Positions 60,101 to 62,461 of a DNA stretch of 64,000 nucleotides are shown here, piece after piece. Each line of letters opens with the position of its first letter. The first letter of the stretch is position 1. The notes beneath the pieces were generated by a model that was not told the DNA's origin, did no database searches, and saw only the letters and a list, made by a program, of their open reading frames with translations. The position numbers were made by a program, and so were the translations under genes. The DNA is from Candidatus Omnitrophota bacterium (lineage in GTDB: Bacteria > Omnitrophota > Gorgyraeia > Zapsychrales > JANLHA01). The stretch is taken from the NCBI GenBank assembly GCA_023247795.1, contig JAHFFT010000008.1:1519-65518 (forward strand), given 5' to 3'.

Positions 60101-62300
60101 AATCAACCTTGACGGCGTTTTGCGGAATATTTTTGATTGGCAATCGATCGACCGGATCCTGATAATCCATCTTAAGGGCCCGATGCCGCAGACGTGAAGT
60201 GAACGAACTGTCAAAACGATCGACCTGACGGTCGCTGACGACCCCGTAAACTTTAATATTCTTGTTCAATTTCAGGTCGGCATAACCAGGATCGTCGTCG
60301 AACATCCTATGAAACCCGCCGGCCAAATTCGGAGCAGAACCGTTATAATCGATCAAAATAATGGCCTCTTTCGAATCCTTCAAAGTCCTGCGCAAAGGAC
60401 CGTCAACATGTTCATAACTTCCGTCGGGATTGACCCGAATCGCTGATTTCAAACGGTCCAAATCGGTCTTGTTTCTCGGTCTGATGAGTAAAAAATCCCT
60501 CCCCTGCGCTTTCGCGGCTTGTGACAATTCATGAGCAACCGCGTCAGAATTGTCGGCGATGACCAGCCCCTTATTTTCTTTTAAAAGCTCTTCGGTTGTG
60601 ATGTGAAAATCATAGGCCGCGCTGCCACCAGCGGCGATGTTGATGGATTTTTCTGTTTGGGCTAGCTCCAACTCTTCAGGATAAAGTTCTTCAACAGCGG
60701 TCCTTGAAGGAAGCATTCCCTGCCGTCGGGCTTCCACAAAAAGCGGATCAATGTTACGCGAATTGTTATGAAAGGTGTCACGCAGCTGCTCAGCGTAAAC
60801 GAAATTTTCTTGAATCCAGCGGCTCATCTCCTGAGGCTGTTTGCCTAACATTCTGCGCAGCGCCTCCCACTGAGTTATTTCATCCAACTCGTGTAGGCGC
60901 ACCGCCTCATCACTCGCGTAATCCTCGTCGATATAAATGACCGGAATTCCGTAAGTCTGCCCCAACCCGATATGGGCAAATTGCCCAGTCGCCTTGAGCA
61001 ATCCTGGGATCGGGACCAGCCTGCTCTGAACTTGCCCATTTTGGACCAAGGCATATTGACTGATCTTGGCTTTGTCTTGCTTAAGCCCTTCTGGCAGATG
61101 ATCAAAAATATATTTATTCACAACACGGTGCGGGACCAGGGTAACCTCATTGCTGATCAACTTGCCCCTTGCCGTGATTCCAGTCTCGCTCCCGACTTTA
61201 GCAATGATGTCTTTGATATTCATAAGATTCATCCCACCGGAAAAATACTTGCGCGGTAGGGACGAGTCACTGCCAGGAGAGACCTCTTCCTTAATATAGC
61301 TGTAAACTCCTTTTTGAAACGCTTCCAAATACTGCTCATAAATTTTTTGTTTAACTTCTCTATCATCGACAGCAATCCCTTTCACCTTGGCCTTATCGAT
61401 GTAAAGCGACTGCATAATGCTTTGCCGCATGTTCTGCTTATACCAGACAGCCAAAATCAAAGAATGATAAACCTGTCTGAGCTGGGCGAAATTCTGGCCT
61501 TCATTGACCTCTTTTTCAATCACCGGGATGATCAATTCACGGATCACCTGCGAAGACATCTGGTTAACTTCTTGGACATCTCCAGCTGGCAAATCTTTTG
61601 TTTTGAATTCTTCACTGCTCAGGTTCTTTTGCAGCGACAGATAATCTTCATCAAGCATGACCTTGAGGTCACAGCCCACAACGTAGGCGGTGTTGTCCTT
61701 GGTAAAAATCTTGGCGGATTTGGGAACGATCCAGACTTTATTGAAGGTATTGATCGGGATATCGGTGGTGCCAAATTTTTCATAGGCTGTTTTATAAATT
61801 TTCTGCCAGAATTGCCGACCCAATTCCGATTCTGGATAGAGCAATGAGGCTGAAAGCTGTTTGAGCAGATAATCCTGGCCCAAAAGGTCCCGGCCCATTT
61901 CCGTAATGCCAAATTCATTCGGGACAATGCGGTCTTTTTCATAAGGGGACAAATTGACCCAAAGGTCTTTTTCCGGGGTTGTTAAGGCCGCCAAAAAATA
62001 CTTGATCAACTTCTGCGATTCCGCGTTAAGAGGAGCACCTTCCAGCCCGGATTCACCGGTATCGACAATGAAATCGAACCGAAAGGGTTCTGTAGGATAG
62101 ACTTTAATCCCTTTGAGGACCGCTGGGACAAGCCCGTTACTCACGGGAACCATGGTCCCAGGAACCGGCAAGTTCAGGCCAACTTTAGCATAAGTTGTTG
62201 TTGGGCATAGAATTATGGATAGAATCAGTGCCGAAATAATGGCATTATTCCCCAAACGCATAATTCCGCGGTGAGATTTTTTAAGATAAGATTGAAACAT
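42144..62300 (-). CDS. Giant secreted/surface protein 2 (6,718 aa): N-terminal giant-family domain, two MoxR/midasin-like AAA+ domains, ~11 kb of LRR-like tandem modules, conserved C-terminal domain
   Basis: Uninterrupted 20.2-kb ORF starting at ATG 62298-62300 (in-frame TAA three codons upstream). Signal peptide MRLGNNAIISALILSIILCPTTTYA. N-domain ~65% identical to giant 1 (LNLPVPG...WVNLSPYEK...GTTxIPINTFNKVWIVP). AAA#1 Walker A GPPASGKS (~58200-58225), Walker B ILIVDEANL. AAA#2 GAPGRAKD (~57255-57285), VIIREMNLLP (~57050). Repeated LSGTGVT(D/N)I(S/T/A)PLFG, LENLTK...HNNHE, DYRECLKA and FLAxHPNR modules. C-terminus GGIDLDPS...IDLQV...GFTPVI...NLPLFLGIS matches giant 1. Confidence 0.85.
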   Translation of the reverse strand: MFQSYLKKSHRGIMRLGNNAIISALILSIILCPTTTYAKVGLNLPVPGTMVPVSNGLVPAVLKGIKVYPTEPFRFDFIVDTGESGLEGAPLNAESQKLIKYFLAALTTPEKDLWVNLSPYEKDRIVPNEFGITEMGRDLLGQDYLLKQLSASLLYPESELGRQFWQKIYKTAYEKFGTTDIPINTFNKVWIVPKSAKIFTKDNTAYVVGCDLKVMLDEDYLSLQKNLSSEEFKTKDLPAGDVQEVNQMSSQVIRELIIPVIEKEVNEGQNFAQLRQVYHSLILAVWYKQNMRQSIMQSLYIDKAKVKGIAVDDREVKQKIYEQYLEAFQKGVYSYIKEEVSPGSDSSLPRKYFSGGMNLMNIKDIIAKVGSETGITARGKLISNEVTLVPHRVVNKYIFDHLPEGLKQDKAKISQYALVQNGQVQSRLVPIPGLLKATGQFAHIGLGQTYGIPVIYIDEDYASDEAVRLHELDEITQWEALRRMLGKQPQEMSRWIQENFVYAEQLRDTFHNNSRNIDPLFVEARRQGMLPSRTAVEELYPEELELAQTEKSINIAAGGSAAYDFHITTEELLKENKGLVIADNSDAVAHELSQAAKAQGRDFLLIRPRNKTDLDRLKSAIRVNPDGSYEHVDGPLRRTLKDSKEAIILIDYNGSAPNLAGGFHRMFDDDPGYADLKLNKNIKVYGVVSDRQVDRFDSSFTSRLRHRALKMDYQDPVDRLPIKNIPQNAVKVDLNETPFARELLLGTYDIGPNGEILVIPGQLNNAKKDTAIVLRGGDFKDPSFRDLIRQFIENPAQEFNMETIVIPDGVKIYREDVDFSKGVSQKKLVAWKEMPDEGDQVWIINKQTQDFLFKRNHIDNVREENQLTRQAGILDLLKTPKQLKNQRVRLAVTSHLDDWVWHAIMHTDGNIIIEVAPWVPVPKAYLKLRSKALKTQSNERKLSEWEDVKEKKSILVESKDLEFALRTIESSYDPDEFVVYPVTAETTVNQLFEFPDFSSTEGKRKYTSSSQEIYEKLLQGKTVVLVGTEHNKVLCQGLESALQEDPYIMVNGMRVDLPGRLIVLQKPLAQESSTAVNQVSMNPNDALMEMMLQDDEEIKASFNRGDYQKIIKLRDMFNQLDGINREEVNFNLYRLRLLFKYVGLGYTWLEAFEQVVISKFAEDQELVSYMRVMVRLIFDVEEREFTLDGDKKRNEKSLHGKRLKRILQKTVYPVRWDRYFWEFVDTLSLDLLNQIQAKLGTDFRAPKFDAQNPDEIEQFLRGFKKMLGTDSQMATGAAVHKMIRTALIKHFDDRNDTEHADFYRKKFALYAATDEWEQEVIGATVVPSIDFETNAGEDTWEYRERMAGAALFINNAVMFQGPPASGKSHLAQILAAKNYQPNEIFRLTVGNDAKEEHVISRRVYQQDEKNNESNPIVDEAIAKWAKSEKGILIVDEANLTEPYFWNFLRGFFSKNPHMYLDGRYQDLKDKKIIFTGNQDSLVGRKLQELIDEYMVTIFFKPFKRSDIERIMREQEYLPEKTFWKDQLETLILDLHFLFNRMNPNLGFALREVQDLAQRVNFLYPNGWTENEVIDLAWQIYGGSFNREEREALHHILAQKYGVEMLTKQEGAMIEKVMRQTGEVLKIDDSDKPLIMTDSTALMIHDEMTMLDLREVRIDAVSNNQKVLQGKMGMITDGAPGRAKDVALIKALRLKGYQEVQYSNTPINLADINQKRFYVINAQPDNADYLVKVIERARQEGAVVIIREMNLLPTDFLEGKLNEVTREAGAGFLVFATINSMDFSGRQQLSTALLNRIVYRRVYDYTQKELKVLAERWVNYSISETKDRPVMLEACNYVIQTYVWLRANIADVKHRPTFRELDYIMASLLEQYKNLGSAEFARQSNSLTESLIAHTYGPLYIAKFLKIPLAPKRERTRFQEKEYNDTEFLERLAGFFIPTALGQPKFAIIANKPDHPGGEFLVSEDEDGEVSSQIAMYANMFGDPYFTEKFMYETMRGLLHRDVQPWAPYQAGLEVVPLLKNIEDVRYEEALRHYLPRTNLGKPSAAEKEFAAMVYNRNTKQLKEWMTRPHDSLNHRRIFQLCLLVFSRGLLEGLDDEHGEPMSVKDLFLIFAKDLEFKDGGAHIYGEESNPIRLAIDHFETMTELKLTFPRGSFEGELDEEEIQFQTYRAENLIREIQETMLMIEGDRVPDPPKLPISPEREQQERDRAMANLEVSLESGHENPTFTEEETPITRDPDLTPEKREQMKTEIRQEEEWVRKADMEYLIDQLEEMWAYLMSRDTRVTKKDLMIMEHRLKDQLAYRSLVPLINKFCRVNEDRVTENVEKAFVQSWVKALSMRLAMVRFALAQDPQTVKEIRKQLRKERRTELKQMTPDEKKADFREKANERQRRRRKLIKLEKKVENREPLTEEDLEFLHNLPAGLRFKKGFGNNGEDAESEKIKPPQTPYHNVYQFNPDPVKANPQIVKPKSPVIVTKKVSYRRGQQESSQRDPKMQQLSHNIVRELQAILESSYVDRRPQQSDEFGADGRPSLERLLQGFPFAQCFIKSAPQSQEIKKTIVIFGEIEKYKNSPICKEFIYLLQEFGFSIEFVEGAAQSKEEIEKNLSDANPDKTYEAVDIVELQKQVASAYTAAAFKETARESEEKKQAQAPVEVREEEAIPTPAVTAAETSVEQKSVEGELDLNQQLDLLERFDEQHKDKSGESIFDIFEYGRVFQPVGYSIFLKIKVTTDNHLKAFNKLDLAKLTMVTEVELEGEGLVGLFELFKLENLTEFTFKPIVQLDPGIKRGLIRFLFRHLNHEDLKIILPSGEELIFSELLHYEEFHDMIKDAVNEDFEKVKKIISRMTELPAGTIVPRLTDNGNSIAITVNSFTGPLPDLSAICRVNYVKTIVFSEISRFTDLANFQKLSGSKKSMQLDFDYDKNLQDISFLSEFDLKDFSSINLSGTGVTDISPLFGKAWVAVLDLNQVSGISEKQVYQFYIRHPDQAMRVLNQVLNLSFGSSEFSSFLNTYRDKISQQLEDDRLEVNMALEQNHLGGIALTAVSLNENEAFVDVYFGSLPVDDPNIKNFIKGLRPAVAASLRLEFETITELREFTDYRECLKAIEREAGLGTVKEESAKKSVSPLVTWDFSTREGQLAYLQSFITKHKNDFPDAMVARVSNEEGIYLATTVTPQNLALFRDLEFEKLTLLTHVKIGCDNFQDVVDRFLKLENLTKVGLRTANPLDESAEKAVVNLLVNHNNHEALGIVLNGGQEIKHEGLSKLDGPFQHVLPTWVDDEIVKAIDQQFKIAQEELDKISGFPRGAIKVEHDLKGIKIQVDLEKGSLPDLTPLYRLSYVSAIDIRYPSKLDLTELAKLNAHKGGVRLYFGKDPDFNDISILENLNLNDASVDILGTGVTNITPLFGHPIKALRINSDVPVKQVWQLWTRYPAFHRPIIVITEAIIGTSKSRHIMKEEMSTYYEEHKKEIEEEFQQDTQAVKWYFKGKKDGGGMKNVENVRIFASPSEGYVDVAFQSGSPLAEQEIKGFINGLNPTDAPSLRITMPDGTVFTDYRECLKAIEQGAATGPVAEQRSETEEPVAPVEPPISEVAGAELPIIKQFEILMEFREKFRKDFEYFTPDLIATSPEDGYLRLRVKVTSKNIDIFRQLDFAKLTLLKEVEIAFDDLDAVYALVKLDNLTKLTLISNNPIDEKAVAKFLINHNNHERLRIDLPGSFTYTFLGLKLHSDQRYPSQEWVHEQIEEAVNHQLKIAQRELAKIPGLPDGSVRLQVNKEMIQINVELTEGRLPDLSAIYRLGYFGILNVEYPSRLDLSEISKWNVHRGNKTLLLSNDPQLTDISFLERVDLDQATISLSGTGVTNIAPLFGCPIQELFIDSQVSAKQVLQLWTRYPDIGRSQFNLMFSFVDKFILHISFPNQEIKIADEESMAKYTKQHSQEIAKGMRLDAAELDLLLISIIDEGNTPSARGINVRSDKDGFVDMTLPKIKPLTNQEITRIIRLLPPSIAASLRIIMPDGRVFADYRECLKALAQEEVTTQVSAPNQKPELSVEEQKNQLFELFSGILNGFGSDRVVDFQDDTFPKGAGIVLSLMHLKGVGDIFHPSSKASQAIRSTSFHNVGIVELDNTDVEYLDGLLNFKNLKLLSLKNLLPGAVSVDQIKAFLRVHSNRKNLRILMPDDKQLTLADLEREGQVVEAQVEVQMPAEEKISATGPEGIAQFNILSDFSKEHGSEFALFVPSLKHISTGEPYFSLQVDVTEENYDTFATFAQNEFAKLSLLTEVDIKIKVEQADRLDPLLSLENLTRLKLRQEMPNEFLVNLLMRHKNREKLEIELSDGRKIWWPVATSSKNQAAQQTETSAKRAQPSEEESTNNFLQRERLAVYLAGRIIGFDPHRVALWNGSYLVLDLHGLSNYDLHQIEDRAFSDYPALEAVDLSEAEPMDLNFLYSARNLKEISFKGLKKTSSSIGEEDIKKFLARHPNRWFLKVVMPDESELDFKSLDQKSKAGVCKEAERNIVARLRNQGMVELADFSVHETEGSVVLVLKRIPSAADLSVLNDIIPLDKIKINFDASSERGKLALRQIGKNKNIRNVQFDSKANPNSLDLQQIVEDFPNLYVLGLPKTANDLSPCLQLKYLRQLLLYRGEALSLQGMDDFYRQRPDMKLCLLPSSWNSGLVDYKDYQDFIAKNEGQLSELAGTQDELPLGKALDSSPAEEISSQKQRLADYLASVIPGFDKGNVAPLPRIDRSQSLAVDLFDQPVAVLRQIESNAFVDFPDLEWVGLATANVDPTVLATFYSAHNLRVISFKGSLPSRASLKNIKYFLAHHPNRQFLQIFLPDGSELNFGSLEEDYKTEAVKEAKKDIVDKLKGQGMQEGTDFSVDETDEGSVVLVLKSPPSNKDLTGSLTGVSLRASLSVLQDVLRLDEVKINFDASTERGKRALSSLGLNRNIRDIQIDDASNPNPLDLNQIVEFFPNLYDLVLHKAANDLSPCLRLKYLKSLSVYLGQGLSLEDIAQFYQQRPNLQLTFFLPSGDEFTMESYDRFMAEYGDRIKPEEASNLNPESAEQAVNDNNPQKYYLIGLLAAAIGGFDSYRIRFREDVGEGNKELLLDLSGMSARDLGKIKRRALINSPALTKVDLSASALNDLDFLYGAYNLTAVDLSNLLPGSVTEEDIRRFLAHHPNRMMLKVKMPDGREWKLANLDPSFVEEVRQEAMQNIRQKLTEGSSLVFDQNFSITAESGLGGYVILKIKKPPVTTDGSANVDLGVLSDDLRLDQVIVEFSSVDAKDYQSLRALATNKNVGFLTFSAPVLTGDFSFLEDFDAIISLDLAKSGIRDLSPILRCANLRTLTLPWDGSLTIEQINEFYQQRPNLNINLRDETDHSGFKYFYGSYESFLKANQNQLSGQKSPAKVEEKSQPSTVSAAGLEETQPTNWLETIDDQADYLFDSGLVTPTAIHFDDDNRPYIAAEFKITPENYKKFSELPFERLTFLKRIDMGTSTFSKDGDFRPLLGARHLRYLDLSRMNTVDNSRDFATSDLLLWHVNQDNLIIVPAAGMEFGIEGIVDSAVDKVIAFQSITAKEILKELGLRPDQADVHIQPGKKSGKKELPYLALVLKNVTTIPDLSKLNHLSFLKQVILRNASLIVDYGHLRDLNEFQQLKILTVDDPQATELPCLQGVDVFELELNTPKLQSLYHLNGNVIRILDLQNTNVPSHQILHLCRAHPLRKDFTLQPPRKKWVLKGVDEIEKFFEREIQVVIDLQSALKHYVENLGRLYSIPSGDVKGTLTHVAGSIVVDFSKIPSTKTLTLTNALKALVDHPYPEVFQLKTFDSGGVVTDVRERIDAMKREEQELSPALLSPAPQDEQARALQRLADMNAQMESFTKQAAAVRAFFGPDQMIKGFMELSQPFQTIGLHFDGQVPSLQPLSQIPDLKKMFMIWDEENLKELRHVPQLRELTIYGLEAGGLEFLSPLQELRHLVFTSDEQIDLELLNDLKKLQVVKITSAYCTIEQVKQLLETHPNGEHMIVILNGLMYTRGGQMPNFPSSGKNTLYGQVAKVGYFMGANFSKEKFMSINVPAIEQTKRIDLDLQHDKNGQAIKHSLTNMDKLKGLPNLYSLKVNASIFSTGQLGFEDLVSLRHFELKGNGTLTLKTIPPMENIIYLNLEFDAVDGNLNSLNSMPNLTYLGIHLEDSMSGRDDLYRFMAQHPNGRNMVVFVNDKFTVTYDDVPDEYKKTGEEELSAEVKPFSSELPELKELSLPEQIALAKEILQRSHMPLTDETLSTFKDTDGTTVIKLDLTKSKPSGESLYLKDLHKLRNLASVALPTMVGNYLRLVIHTCEWPRLKELILTEDQTVGWDFGFVAYLIIAIHPRGKELTIKNGNKAAITYEDVSKQVIGEIGSGFSLDHQLSFLKHIGIVHNVSNHFIRGPDDTFSLDLSQVNPKDLRIEFLRQIKRIKTLRLPFMKFNDRLISILEALPNLQVIEMTSGELIPEMRQSIAELFKRIDRADLELRIDGQKPLTRADMTPEFLGVAAAPVVIQQEEAAEPIEVNAFLVNLLNSLVDVELTLQQVREQFKDEGEEKIFHRVLMGLMDARGIDARVQAGAGKMYNKMLRNDAFFLSKTESEPMNLNTSVEIIPSVMLHPGWQNSPEAQIPGGIDLDPSLIQMQVEGEGIDLQVTDSAEGLSQIPIEGFTPVITHTVPITNLPLFLGISPQPVTPEEVALHQ
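45900..54300. repeat. Intragenic tandem repeats within giant gene 2 (three ~1.1-kb units and at least three ~1.4-kb units, ~70-75% nt identity)
   Basis: For example 47290-47420 vs 48390-48520 (period ~1100 bp), and gccttcaaacactcccgataatc at 50228, 51636 and 52998 (period ~1.36-1.41 kb). Confidence 0.8.
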
Positions 62301-62326
62301 AAAGAGTTATCTATGGTTTAAAGTAA

Positions 62327-62354
62327 AGTATACACTATTCTTTGCAATTATCAA
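62327..62354 (-). promoter_or_regulatory. Putative sigma70-like promoter of giant gene 2 (TTGATA-N16-TATACT)
   Basis: Minus strand: ...GGGGACTGTCCCCCCC TATG TTGATA attgcaaagaatagtg TATACT ttactttaaaccatagataactcttt ATG. Confidence 0.35.
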
Positions 62355-62357
62355 CAT

Positions 62358-62391
62358 AGGGGGGGACAGTCCCCTGTGCAAAACCTGTTAA
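62358..62391. repeat. Locus palindrome plus 34-bp segment near-identical to the giant-1 5' coding region, upstream of giant-2 promoter
   Basis: ggggggacagtcccctgtgcaaaacctgttaaaaac, 32/34 identical to 41935-41970. In the giant-2 reading frame it translates *QVLHRGLPPPMLIIAKNSVYFTLNHR*, a stop-interrupted relic of giant 1's FTQVLHRGLSPLL. Confidence 0.75.
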
Positions 62392-62443
62392 AAACACAAA
62401 TTCATACAAAATAACAAGTTAACCGATTTATCCACAAGATATA

Positions 62444-62461
62444 AACAGGGGACTGTCCCCT
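62444..62461. repeat. Locus palindrome AACAGGGGACTGTCCCCT overlapping TAG stop of the upstream partial gene
   Basis: Plus-strand ataaacaggggactgtcccctaaaag; stop codon cta at 62460-62462. Confidence 0.85.
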
